63,578 nucleotides of DNA from an uncultured Flavobacterium sp. (GCA_963975235.1 CAXBGV010000001.1:1-63578), one strand, 5' to 3'; positions 10,801 through 20,056 are shown, counted from the first letter of the stretch. Notes: a model not told the origin generated them from the sequence alone. Numbers and translations are program-made.

Positions 10801-11310
10801 TTTTAACCCTTTTTGAGCTTCGGCACGTTCTTGCTCCAGTTTTTCGGCAAGAGCCTGGAGTTGCTTGGTATTTTTATCATTAGTATCTCCATAAGGAATT
10901 ACTTTTTCTTCAAATTCGGGAATGTTAGGATTATTTTCGCTGTAATACTTGCTTAAAAAAGTCAAAAAGCGAAAGCTGTTTTTCAAAGATTGTAAAGCTT
11001 CTAAAGCTCGAACCGTTTTACCATGCGCTGCATTGTTCCCATTCAATCGTACAATATCCAATTCCATTAACATACTTGGTTTGAGTATATTTTTGAAACT
11101 TTCATTGTGGAGTAGGGCACCTAATTTGGTGTCATAAGGCAACTCTAAATCTTCATCATTTTTATACAACCAGAACATTGTTTTCTCCAACGTGCTGCGA
11201 CACAATAAGGCAGCATAACGTGGCGCCGTAAAGGTGTGTTTTTCGGCATCGGCAATCTCTCGGTAGATTTCTGGAAATTCGTGTTGAAGAAAGGTAAAGT
11301 TGCTTTTCAT
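7858..11310 (-). CDS. hsdR: Type I restriction enzyme R subunit (EcoEI-like, DUF4145-type N-terminus)
   Basis: 1150 aa; GFVDYVL...VEAK nuclease motif, MATGSGKT Walker A, DEAH, TATP, QMIGRGTR. Confidence 0.95.
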   Translation of the reverse strand: MKSNFTFLQHEFPEIYREIADAEKHTFTAPRYAALLCRSTLEKTMFWLYKNDEDLELPYDTKLGALLHNESFKNILKPSMLMELDIVRLNGNNAAHGKTVRALEALQSLKNSFRFLTFLSKYYSENNPNIPEFEEKVIPYGDTNDKNTKQLQALAEKLEQERAEAQKGLKEQEKLADENGLLRKQLEAQLQLIAERKEERFQEIAVEKAIPELTSEHQTRLILIDLLLREAGWDKLREGREIEFEVTGMPLTTNPSGKGFVDYVLWGDNGLPLAVVEAKSTIHSATKGKHQASLYAKCLEESTGQRPIIFYSNGFETHIWDDTFYPDRKVQGFYTKEELQLLIERRFSRKDLREFAVNTAIAGRYYQLEAIKRVAEHLVTTNQNKLKGTSRKALLVMATGSGKTRTAAAMVDMFTKCNWAKRILFLADRNALVTQAKNAFKEHLPHLSAIDLTKEKEDNGTRVVFSTYPTILNKIDSLKNEDERFYGVGHFDVIIIDEAHRSVYQKYQSIFNYFDCILIGLTATPKTEVDKNTYRLFEIEDGNPTYAYELNKAVADNYLKPPKAFKIPLKFPREGIKYEDLSEEDKIRFKELFGVQFGDENQVCDVDKSKINTWLYNTDTIDKVLDYLMTNGQKIAGGDKLGKTILFAKNHKHAVFIEERFNKNYPQYGGSFLRVIDNYEDKAQDLLEKFCFDKGDEKEPQIAVSVDMMDTGVDAPRVLNLVFFKEVKSSSKYWQMIGRGTRLCPDIFAPGIDKEYFLIFDFCGNFEYFGDNPDGETQKTALSLAQQTFNTKLEIVMTVRQLQDPTEEQEHIQVQFTDDLHLLVDHLDDARFEVRKHWRYVLEYKNRARWNNLLQGDVLNIQSNLSHLIDYNQDKDEFAKRFDLLVYKLQLALITGNKAQVRHIDNMYDIVNMLFTKRNIPAVQAKIATIKQLQNEQFWSTVNVQQLEVIRQELRDLIQFLKDEKKLDPVYTSFTDELSKDGVEEVDLLATYTSLQSYKDRVEAFIRKNKSHLVIDKLYKNLPITSNELELLEQFLLKEALESKDRFIKEYGEQPLGKFVRNIVGLDIEIANQLFSDFISKGNLNANQITFIQKIIQYLNQKGVIEKQLLTQAPFNEHHDQGVFGIFPEEDKAMKVIQVINQVNENAMFA

Positions 11311-11417
11311 TTTCCTAGGTTGATGCCACTAAAATACTACATTATTTTGATTTCTTCCGAAAAGTTATTATTTCTCTAGGGTTGTGTGGAACCGCCTGTT
11401 TCTTTTCTTAGGAAGAA

Positions 11418-13103
11418 TTATTCTTTATCGCTGTTTAAACCCAGTACCAATCTGTGAAGTAATGCTCCTTGAATGGTGCGTTTGTATTTTTGGTCTTGAT
11501 GTGTTGGTTTGTCTGGAATAGTCATTTCTATCCAACCTAAGTTTATTAATGGGTCTAAATACCTTTCTCGGTTACGAGAGTGGTTAGAAAGGCCTAAGTT
11601 TTCTAAAATTTCGACTCTCTTTTTTGGTTCTTCTAAAATATTCAGAATAGTCAGTGCTTTATCATTAAGATCATTTTCTATAATTTGAACAGCTTGGTTA
11701 CTAGCTTGGTCACTAAGTTTTGCTAAGAGGTTCTCTAAAATCTCTTTTTCCTTGCTATCACTGGTTTTAGCTTGGTCACTAGCTTGGTCACTAAGTGTGT
11801 TTAAAAAGTGACTAAGCTCCTCCAAGTTATTGAAAGAAATATTCTCAATGGCTGTAATTATTTGTTCTTTTGCCAGTAAAACCGAAAGGAAATACGTGCT
11901 TTGTTCGTCTGTTTCAAAAACAGGTTCGGGCGAATTATTTTCCTTCATGGCATTTCTGATGGTAGGGAAACCAGTACCGCGTCCTTCTGTCAAGTGTAAC
12001 TCTTTGAGTAAATCACCAATACGGCGGTTGCGATAATCCCGTGCCACGATGCGTTTATTTTGTTTTAGTATCTGTGCATCTACTGGTGGAACCGGACCAG
12101 GGAAACTTAGGATTTCTATTCTGTCGGGCCATAATTGCACTTCAATAGGTTTGTCCATTTCATAGCTTTTATGACAAACCGCATTAGACAAAGCTTCTTC
12201 AATGGCTTCGTAAGGAAAATTAAAATGGCGGTTGGCTTCTGCTTTATGGGCTACTTTTTCGACAACTTCTTCAATAACATTGTTTTTGAAATAGTCCAAT
12301 ATGGCTCTTAGCTGATGGTGTAAAGGACCTTTGAAATACTTTTCGGAAAAATTTTTACCGGTTTTGTCTTTGTGAATTACCAATTCGATCCAGGAACGAT
12401 CGAGGAATTTTTCGGGATTACGGGAAAAAAATAATAGCCCAACATTTAAGGGGCGTAATGCCTCTTTTGGACCATTTACAATTTTCATATTGAGACATAA
12501 ATCCGCAAAAGGAATCTGCTTGCTTTCTTCGTATAAATCGCTTTTTACTTCTTGAAGAAAGGCCTGAATTAAACCTAAATCTAAATCATCAATGGTTGCT
12601 TTTCCGTTTATCCTGTCGTCAAAAGGAATGCGTGCCGTTAGTTCTTGTAATCGTCTTAAATTATCCTCTTTTGCAATGATGCTACGGGAACCAAAACGAA
12701 TGTAGGGATAGCGTTGTGCTGCTTTTCCTTGTGTGATTGGGGCGGTATAAGGGCGGTTATCACCGGCAGGACACCATAATATTAAAATGTGCTGTCCTTG
12801 TAGTGTGTAAGGTTGTATTAAAGGAAAATAATTGGGAAGCAATTGATAGGCAAGGGTTAAAACTGCCCCTTGAATTCTATCTAAACTTTCGGGAGCTAGA
12901 CCCGCAGGAGGCAGGATAGGTCTTCCATCCTTTTCTGCAATGCCTACAATGATGTAGCCACCACCCCAATTGTTGATGTCGTTGGCAAACGCACATAGGG
13001 TATGTACAATTTCTTCAGGGTTCCAGCCTTGTTTGAATTCAAGACGTTCCCATTCTATAGCTTGTCCGTTGACTAAATCGTTTATGTTTATTGGTAATGC
13101 CAT
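11418..13103 (-). CDS. Schlafen/AlbA_2 domain + HATPase-like domain + C-terminal HTH protein
   Basis: Likely start MALPININ at 13103; EWERLEFK, CAFAN..GGGYIIVG, EALSNAVCHKSY, YRNRRI...EGRGTG motifs. Confidence 0.85.
   Translation of the reverse strand: MALPININDLVNGQAIEWERLEFKQGWNPEEIVHTLCAFANDINNWGGGYIIVGIAEKDGRPILPPAGLAPESLDRIQGAVLTLAYQLLPNYFPLIQPYTLQGQHILILWCPAGDNRPYTAPITQGKAAQRYPYIRFGSRSIIAKEDNLRRLQELTARIPFDDRINGKATIDDLDLGLIQAFLQEVKSDLYEESKQIPFADLCLNMKIVNGPKEALRPLNVGLLFFSRNPEKFLDRSWIELVIHKDKTGKNFSEKYFKGPLHHQLRAILDYFKNNVIEEVVEKVAHKAEANRHFNFPYEAIEEALSNAVCHKSYEMDKPIEVQLWPDRIEILSFPGPVPPVDAQILKQNKRIVARDYRNRRIGDLLKELHLTEGRGTGFPTIRNAMKENNSPEPVFETDEQSTYFLSVLLAKEQIITAIENISFNNLEELSHFLNTLSDQASDQAKTSDSKEKEILENLLAKLSDQASNQAVQIIENDLNDKALTILNILEEPKKRVEILENLGLSNHSRNRERYLDPLINLGWIEMTIPDKPTHQDQKYKRTIQGALLHRLVLGLNSDKE
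11691..11793 (-). repeat. Four 12-bp repeats (two tandem pairs) encoding SDQA/SNQA linker units
   Basis: AGCTTGGT(C/T)ACT at about 11691, 11703, 11769 and 11781. Confidence 0.75.
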
Positions 13104-13187
13104 TTTATTATAATGTGTAAAATAAGAAGCTATAATCCAAAAATAATACAATATATTACTCTTCAATAGATTAAAAGCTAATCGTGT

Positions 13188-16100
13188 TTATTTTTTCTTT
13201 CCTTTATGATTTACTCTGAAATCATTTTCAAGTACCGTAACTGATGATATATAATTTTTATCTTCCAATATTTTTAATAATTGCCTATTTTCTTCACTTT
13301 TTGGAATTTTTGCTTTTGAACTAGTATCTGTTATCTGGGAATAAATACCGCCTAGAATTTTCAAAAAAGGTTCAATATATAAAAGATCATATTTGCTTGA
13401 ATTTTTAATAAATAGTTTAATTCTATCTATTATGGGTACACTAATGTTTATAAGGATAGCATTTAGGGCGGCATCACTTACAACAAAAGAATTATCAGCA
13501 AGTAAAATTGAGCTTAATAGTTTTAAATTGTTATTTGTGATAATTGTTTCTTCGTCACAATAATTTAGAATTTGCAATTTTTCAGAATTATTCAACATCG
13601 TAGATTTTAGGACTAATTCCAAATCATCGCTATCAAATGTAATTTGGTCTAGGATTTTAAAATATTCGTTTTTCCGTTTTTCGAGTAGTGATATATTCAA
13701 GCCATTCAAATTTTCCTTTAAGGAAACAAAGCTTTTTGATATTGGATTTATACAATTATTGTTTATCAATGATTTAACCTTGTTTATAGATAAATTCTGA
13801 AAATTCAAATCGCTATACCACCATGAATTTGATTTAGTAATTAAATCATATGATTGATCGCTTATTTCATTTGATTGAATTAGTTTTTTCCAAAAACCTT
13901 TATACGCATCTGTTTCTTTAGGGATTTTTCCTTTTAATAATTCCTCAGCATTTTCAATAATATTAATAAAATTGATAGTGGATACTGAAATTTCGTTTTC
14001 AATTACTTCATCTTCATCATTTTTCTCTTTATCAGTATTTTGACTATTAAAAACATGTAGCAAATTTTCCCAAGAAGGCCCCAATTTATTTTTCTCAAGT
14101 AAAACAGGGTACAATGCTGAATAATTAACTTTTGAAATTTTTACAATTTTGGTTTCTACTTGTGAAATGATTAATGCCTTATTATCTATTTTTAAAACTT
14201 TATTGTTTAATAATTCAACAAGAAATTCTTCTTTCTCATTAATATTACTGGAAATTTTTAGATAAATATCTTCAATGTATTTATTGATGTTTTTCTCAAT
14301 ATATTCAATTAATTGTTCTGCTTTCGAGTTCTTTACTGAAGAGAAGTTAGAATTGTCAAATGCTACCTGATTGAATTCTCCAAACTTTTTAATTATCGAA
14401 ATAACCATTTCGATATTAAGCTCATAGTAATTTTTCTCATATATGAAATTCAGCATTTCATCTGGAGAATTTTCAAAATCAATTTCATTAAAATTTATTC
14501 CTAATTCTACGATAACTTTTTTAAGTCTAGTATAGTTGTCTGTGATATTAAAGAATAGTGGGTCAGATACAATTGCCCTTTTGAATGAGGATTGTTTAGC
14601 AATATCTAGTATAGCATTTATGTCCCCAAATTCGATGATACTTATAAAAATATCTTGTTTTAAATTTTCCGAAAAATCAGGATTAGATTCAATGAATCCC
14701 CATATGCTACTCCATTTATTACAAAGTAATTTTATAAAGTCTTCCTGCTTTTGAGAAATTTCAAAATATCCTTTAATAAATTCAACAGACTCTTTTGATT
14801 CATCCTTAAGTTTGTTAAAAATAGCTTCAATCTGTATGTTATAATTACTGGAATGTATAAGTAAATAATCTAAGAGATCATAATTCAGTATATATTCTGT
14901 TTGAAAATCGAAAGGGTTTATCTTAGGAATTAATTTTTCAATTTTTGAAAGCTTGTAGTCAAAAGGTTGTCTGTTGCCATTCTTAATATTGATATGGAAT
15001 TGATAATCTGAACGAGTAATACTTTCTTCGTGAAATAAGGAAATATAATCTGTATAATCTTCCGCGATATAACCATTTCTCAATAAAATCAGTATAAGAT
15101 TCCTATTAAGGTTTTCACCGATCTCAATTTCAGATGATTGGTTAGATATCAGTAATTCCGATATTTTGAAGTTTCTTACTGTTTGCTTTTGTTTTTCTAA
15201 TTCCTGTATTTTGTTTTTTAAAGCATTGATTTTACCATTTTTAATTTCAATAATCTCCTTTTCTCTATCAAGATATGATCTTGAAGGATTCACTAATTTT
15301 TCTATTTCTGTAAATTCAAAATTAGGCTGTTTTACTTGTATACTATCTTTTCTATAATAAGCATCATATATCATCTGATTATATGAGAAATTATTAGCTT
15401 TTAGGTATTCAAAATTTTGGTTTTCAACAATTTCTTCTATTGAGATATTCGTTTGATTTACAAGGAAGGATTGAAATCCAGGTAATTTTTCAATAATTCG
15501 GGCAATATACAAAAGGCGAAGGTCTTTAGTATTATCTAAATAAACATTTTCAAATGCAAAAATCTGTCCTTTATATGCTTCAGTTTTGCTTTCGATTTCA
15601 CTAATTATTTTTTTTATGTAGTTAGTTTTAGAAGAAAATATATTATAAAGATCTCCTTCGTTACAACTCAATTTCATGAAATCGTTTGGATAAATATTCT
15701 TATAAGTAAGAATGGCGAACAATTTATCATGGATTAAATTTTCATTAAGTTTTTCTTTATACAAATAGAATTCATTTGATATGTTGTGAAGTAATCGCAT
15801 GTCATCAATAAAGAATGAAATATCTTCAATTAAATTATCGCTCAGTTTGTATTGAAGCTGGTTTCTTTTCTTGAATAATATCTCACTTGAATTTGAAGAA
15901 TTGATTACCGGAATAACAGGGATAATAAAATCGAAAAATTTGGTACGTTCTTTATCTGTAAACATATCATCTCTTACTGCATAAACAAAGGTGATTTCTT
16001 TTTTTCTGGTTTTTTCTGAATTGTTTAGCAGTAGGTTGACCTCTCTTAATTTAGTAAATATTTCAGTTTCCTGAAACCTGTCTAAATCTTCAATTATAAC

Positions 16101-16904
16101 AACATTGTAGGGACAAACAGAGAAAAAATAAAGTATCTCATCGATGTGATGATTAAGAATAGACTTATTCAAATTTTCTCCGACACCAATTTCTGCATTT
16201 TGGATTTTAAGTTTATTGACAGTAATAGCACTTAAAATTCTAACTGATTTTAGAATAATAAAGAAGATGCCCGATGCAATTATTAATATTTCACCGTAAT
16301 GAATAATATTGCATATAGTGCTGTTGATTGCAATATCTTTAAAAATACTTTGGATGAAATAAGGGTTGAAATAATTATATATTGCTACTAAAAAGAATAG
16401 ATAGCCTAAAGAATAAAAAAACAGTTTTTTAGTACTATAACTCTTTATTTTTTTAAACCTTGAATCAGGGATGTTTTTATCTTCTTCATGATAAAAAATT
16501 TGTTCAAGTATGCTTATTTCAATCAGCCTTAACAATTCTGTTTTATCTACTTCGATTTTTTTACCATTTTCATCGAATTGAGGTTTTTCTTCTTTGAATG
16601 TTGCTAAAGAAATATCCAGGAATTTTAAATCATTTCCTTTATAATTTTTTTGAAATGTTTTCAGAATACTACTTTTACCAGATCCATAAGGTCCTGACAG
16701 AGCAATATTTTTGATATCTTCCTTTTTTCTGTTTTTCAAAGCCCATAACAATGCTTTTGAATAATGTCCGTCTTCATCTCCATTATCAATTGGAGATAAT
16801 GAAGAATATGTCATATCATCTAATTCTGTAAAAGAATATTTGTGATGCAAAGCTTCTAACCGGACTATTATTTTTTTTAGAAAAATGAGAAGTTTTTCTT
16901 TCAT
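13188..16904 (-). CDS. YobI-like (KAP-related) P-loop NTPase with two TM helices
   Basis: 1238 aa; ALSGPYGSGKSS Walker A, hydrophobic pair at ~160-225, IIEDLDRF Walker B, RTKFFDFIIPVIP. Confidence 0.85.
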   Translation of the reverse strand: MKEKLLIFLKKIIVRLEALHHKYSFTELDDMTYSSLSPIDNGDEDGHYSKALLWALKNRKKEDIKNIALSGPYGSGKSSILKTFQKNYKGNDLKFLDISLATFKEEKPQFDENGKKIEVDKTELLRLIEISILEQIFYHEEDKNIPDSRFKKIKSYSTKKLFFYSLGYLFFLVAIYNYFNPYFIQSIFKDIAINSTICNIIHYGEILIIASGIFFIILKSVRILSAITVNKLKIQNAEIGVGENLNKSILNHHIDEILYFFSVCPYNVVIIEDLDRFQETEIFTKLREVNLLLNNSEKTRKKEITFVYAVRDDMFTDKERTKFFDFIIPVIPVINSSNSSEILFKKRNQLQYKLSDNLIEDISFFIDDMRLLHNISNEFYLYKEKLNENLIHDKLFAILTYKNIYPNDFMKLSCNEGDLYNIFSSKTNYIKKIISEIESKTEAYKGQIFAFENVYLDNTKDLRLLYIARIIEKLPGFQSFLVNQTNISIEEIVENQNFEYLKANNFSYNQMIYDAYYRKDSIQVKQPNFEFTEIEKLVNPSRSYLDREKEIIEIKNGKINALKNKIQELEKQKQTVRNFKISELLISNQSSEIEIGENLNRNLILILLRNGYIAEDYTDYISLFHEESITRSDYQFHINIKNGNRQPFDYKLSKIEKLIPKINPFDFQTEYILNYDLLDYLLIHSSNYNIQIEAIFNKLKDESKESVEFIKGYFEISQKQEDFIKLLCNKWSSIWGFIESNPDFSENLKQDIFISIIEFGDINAILDIAKQSSFKRAIVSDPLFFNITDNYTRLKKVIVELGINFNEIDFENSPDEMLNFIYEKNYYELNIEMVISIIKKFGEFNQVAFDNSNFSSVKNSKAEQLIEYIEKNINKYIEDIYLKISSNINEKEEFLVELLNNKVLKIDNKALIISQVETKIVKISKVNYSALYPVLLEKNKLGPSWENLLHVFNSQNTDKEKNDEDEVIENEISVSTINFINIIENAEELLKGKIPKETDAYKGFWKKLIQSNEISDQSYDLITKSNSWWYSDLNFQNLSINKVKSLINNNCINPISKSFVSLKENLNGLNISLLEKRKNEYFKILDQITFDSDDLELVLKSTMLNNSEKLQILNYCDEETIITNNNLKLLSSILLADNSFVVSDAALNAILINISVPIIDRIKLFIKNSSKYDLLYIEPFLKILGGIYSQITDTSSKAKIPKSEENRQLLKILEDKNYISSVTVLENDFRVNHKGKKK

Positions 16905-16976
16905 GAAATATTTTTGATTAATGTTAACATAAAAATGATAATTGTCTAATTTTTGAAATTTATAATAGATTGCTAT

Positions 16977-18134
16977 TTAATTTAACTCCCCCTTAAACGC
17001 CCGTTGCAACAAAGACTGAAACAAATCCTCGCTTTTCGCCAAGGCTTGTTGGGCTTGTTGTTTTTGGGTTTCTATCATTTGTACTTGTTTGGCAAATTGG
17101 GTTTGGAGAGAAAGAGGAGGATTAATTAATTCATAGTTTTTTAATAATCCTAAATTCAGATTTGGTTGATTTCCACCTCTACCTAAACTTCTTAAATCAT
17201 GATATAACATAGACAAATTATAATAAAGAAATTGAAAATCCATTTTATTACTTGGTCTCAAAACACAACACGCTTGATTTGTTGCAGCTTCAATTCCTAA
17301 AATTCCAATCTGTCCTCTAGTTTTTCCTTGCCCATACATTGCAATTACAATCGATCCTTTTGGAAATAGTCTACAACTTGAATTCTTCAATGCTTCTTCT
17401 GAAATTTTTTCTAAAGTGTCATTAATTATCTTCCCATCAACTTCCGTTGTTTTTACCCAAGGAATATTACCTATGAAATTATTTTCATTCGTTCTGCTAG
17501 GAGTGCTACCAGAAGCCATATCTGAAATTTCTCCTAATTCCATTTTTTTCCATTCCTTTTCATTCCTAACAGGATCCCCAAACATCTCCAAAAACAAACT
17601 TTGTGTCAAGGAATCATATTTTTGAATAAGTTGCTTGTGGTATTGGCGCAATTGGTCTGCGGTGTCGAGGATTTCGGCTATTTTTTGTTGAGTGGGTAGT
17701 ACGGGAAATTTAAAATCAATATTCTGTAAAGTTTTATTGTTTAGAATTGGAACTAGAGCACTATTAGCAGTATTTTCTAGAACTTTCTTATTGGCTAGAA
17801 ACCAATAATACAAATAATTTACATCTGTACTTTTTTTTGGTTTTATTCCCGTTATCTGTTGATTAGAAGAACAATCTTCTTGGGTAATTCCAATTTTGCC
17901 AATATCTCCGATACAAGTTATTAGTAAAGTATCTTTTGGAAAAGTAATTGCTTTTTTATCATCTAAAGCAATTTGGGTTAAAGTTCTTTTTGATTTACGC
18001 AATATTTTTCCATTGTTAAAATCGCCTGGAGTGTACCAATTAATTTGTCCCTCAAAATATTGAGTTTGATTTGTCGGAGGTGTTTTTCCAGTTCTAATAA
18101 ATTCTGCTATATCTTTTAACTTAACTTTCTGCAT
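16977..18134 (-). CDS. hsdS: Type I R-M specificity subunit
   Basis: Two TRDs (TGKTP / SGSTP), central QQKIAEILD...MFGDP helix, ends AFKGELN; start MQKVKL at 18134, alternative ATG at 18179. Confidence 0.95.
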   Translation of the reverse strand: MQKVKLKDIAEFIRTGKTPPTNQTQYFEGQINWYTPGDFNNGKILRKSKRTLTQIALDDKKAITFPKDTLLITCIGDIGKIGITQEDCSSNQQITGIKPKKSTDVNYLYYWFLANKKVLENTANSALVPILNNKTLQNIDFKFPVLPTQQKIAEILDTADQLRQYHKQLIQKYDSLTQSLFLEMFGDPVRNEKEWKKMELGEISDMASGSTPSRTNENNFIGNIPWVKTTEVDGKIINDTLEKISEEALKNSSCRLFPKGSIVIAMYGQGKTRGQIGILGIEAATNQACCVLRPSNKMDFQFLYYNLSMLYHDLRSLGRGGNQPNLNLGLLKNYELINPPLSLQTQFAKQVQMIETQKQQAQQALAKSEDLFQSLLQRAFKGELN

Positions 18135-18228
18135 AACTTCAAAGTTATTGTCAATTCGTTCATTTACAATTAATTCCATATCTTTATGCTAATTACCCTT
18201 TCAAAAATTTTTTTAATGATTGTATTTC

Positions 18229-18282
18229 GAGCAGCTGCCTTCTAAGCAGGCGGTCGAAGGTTCGAATCCTTCTGCGACTACA
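18229..18282 (+). pseudogene. 3' two-thirds of a tRNA-Arg(UCU), lacking the 5' acceptor strand and most of the D arm
   Basis: GAGCAG-CTGC-CTTCTAA-GCAG anticodon arm, CGGTC variable loop, perfect T arm GAAGG-TTCGAAT-CCTTC, then TGCGACTA; upstream is AT-rich non-tRNA sequence. Confidence 0.85.
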
Positions 18283-18486
18283 ATATAACTACTGTTAAGG
18301 TTATAGGTTGGAATCCAGTCAAGGTCAAGTTATAACTTTAGGGTTTCTGGTTCGAACCCTGTCGCGGTCACGAACCGTACTTTTTCAATGGGTGCAGGAT
18401 TCATAACCCTGAAGTCATTACTGGATTCGAATCCCATCCTCTCTGCTATTTTATTTTCCGGGGGGCTAGAATCCCTCTATCTCCGC
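18229..18486 (+). repeat. Tandem array of tRNA 3' fragments between hsdM and hsdS
   Basis: T-loop-like motifs at 18259, 18306, 18349, 18424 and 18464, each followed by an acceptor-like 3' strand; Met-type anticodon arm CAGGA-TTCATAA-CCCTG at 18395-18411. Confidence 0.75.
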
Positions 18487-18490
18487 GTCA

Positions 18491-20056
18491 CTATCCTAAC
18501 ATTTTTTCTAATTCATTCATGGTATTCAAACGTTTTTTGTCAATTGCTTTGATATCGGCAATCAAGGTTTGTGGTTTTTCATAGATTACTTCATCATAAA
18601 CAATTTCCTTGTAACGGTTAATGCTCAAGTCGTAATCATTGGCTACAATATCGGCTTTTGGGATTAGGAAGGATTTTTGGGTTCTATCAGTCCCCACCCC
18701 ATTCCTCCCCGAAGGGGAGGGAGCCGTGCCGATCGCTTTCCAATCCAACAAAATGTTAGGGATATCACATTTGCCTTTAAATTCTTCTAAAACGCTTTCA
18801 GGGTCAGTAAAACATTGTTCGAATACCTCTTCCGATAGTTGCGCATTGCGTTTGTCGTCCAGGCTAAAACCATCGGCTTGCATGTCATAGAACCAAACGT
18901 TATCTGTCCCACCTGAATTGGTTTTAGTAAAGAATAAAATAGCAGTACTCACTCCAGCATAGGGTTTAAAAACCCCGCTTGGCATCGAGATTACGGCTTG
19001 TAATTGTTGGTTTTCCACCAATTCTTTACGAATGCTTTTGTGTGCGCCACTGCTACCAAACAGTACACCATCAGGCACAATCACGGCAGCGCGTCCACCT
19101 AGTTTTAGCATTCTCAAAATCAAGGCTAAGAATAGTAATTCGGTTTTTTTAGTTTTGGTTACGTTCAGTAAACTGCTTTCTACCTCATCATAATCCAATG
19201 CCCCTTTAAACGGTGGATTGGCCAAGATTAAGGAGTACTGACTGCTGATGTCATTGCTTTCACTCAAAGCCGAATTTCCAATAAGTGTAGGGTTTTCCAT
19301 GCCGTGCAATTGCAAGTTCATGGCTGAAATGCGCATCATCGATGGGTCAATTTCTATACCGTTGAACATGTTTCGGTTGTAATGTTCACGAAAATCCTGA
19401 TCCATAAACCAGTCTTCGTGTTTCTCATGTACGTATTGGGATGCGGCCACTAGGAAACCTGCTGTCCCACATGACGGATCACAAATGGTATCGTCTTTTT
19501 TAGGTTGGGTCATTTCGACCATCATACGGATAATGTGGCGCGGGGTACGGAATTGTCCGTTGGTTCCTGCTTCGGCAATTTTGCCCAACATGTATTCGTA
19601 TAAATCTCCTTTGGTGTCGCGGTTGTCTAATGGCAGTTTGTCAATTTGTTGTACTACACGATCCAACAATTTAGCCGTTGGGATCATAAAGGTTGCTCCT
19701 TTGATGTATTCAGTGAACGCACCACCATCTTTACCTAGAGTTTTCATAAAGTCAAACACAGTAACGTCATTCAAATGACGTTGCGGACGTGTGAATAATT
19801 CAAACATCACTTCCGGGTCTTTGTCTTTGAAACTGCTCCAGCGCAAGTCTTTTTGCTCTGGAGTATAAATAGGTTTGTCAGTAGTAACACCGAGCATATT
19901 GGCTCTTTTCTCAATCAAGATTTGTTTGTCGTCTAGTTGTTTCAAGAAAATAAGGTAGGTAAATTGTTCAATTACCGTTAAGGGGTTTGAAATTCCGCCT
20001 GTCCAGAAGTCATTCCAGATTTTATCTATTTGAGATTTTAAATCGCCTGTGATCAT
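18491..20056 (-). CDS. hsdM: Type I R-M m6A methyltransferase subunit
   Basis: 521 aa; GQFRTPRHI, DPSCGTAGFL, ANPPF. Confidence 0.95.
   Translation of the reverse strand: MITGDLKSQIDKIWNDFWTGGISNPLTVIEQFTYLIFLKQLDDKQILIEKRANMLGVTTDKPIYTPEQKDLRWSSFKDKDPEVMFELFTRPQRHLNDVTVFDFMKTLGKDGGAFTEYIKGATFMIPTAKLLDRVVQQIDKLPLDNRDTKGDLYEYMLGKIAEAGTNGQFRTPRHIIRMMVEMTQPKKDDTICDPSCGTAGFLVAASQYVHEKHEDWFMDQDFREHYNRNMFNGIEIDPSMMRISAMNLQLHGMENPTLIGNSALSESNDISSQYSLILANPPFKGALDYDEVESSLLNVTKTKKTELLFLALILRMLKLGGRAAVIVPDGVLFGSSGAHKSIRKELVENQQLQAVISMPSGVFKPYAGVSTAILFFTKTNSGGTDNVWFYDMQADGFSLDDKRNAQLSEEVFEQCFTDPESVLEEFKGKCDIPNILLDWKAIGTAPSPSGRNGVGTDRTQKSFLIPKADIVANDYDLSINRYKEIVYDEVIYEKPQTLIADIKAIDKKRLNTMNELEKMLG
18691..18725. 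repeat. REP-like palindrome in frame inside hsdM
   Basis: CCCCACCCCATT-CCTCCCC-GAA-GGGGAGG-GAG; encodes APSPSGRNGVG, absent from the second HsdM. Confidence 0.6.

Noticed and set aside
16977-18134. hsdS shufflon or phase-variable inversion system
   Set aside because: No recombinase, no inverted silent hsdS copies and no flanking inverted repeats seen; the second hsdS is co-oriented, 20 kb away and has its own hsdM.
18229-18282. Functional tRNA-Arg gene
   Set aside because: No 5' acceptor strand or complete D arm; the upstream sequence is AT-rich and cannot pair with TGCGACT.
18229-18486. CRISPR array
   Set aside because: The recurring motif is a variable T-loop, not an identical repeat; spacing is irregular and there are no cas genes.
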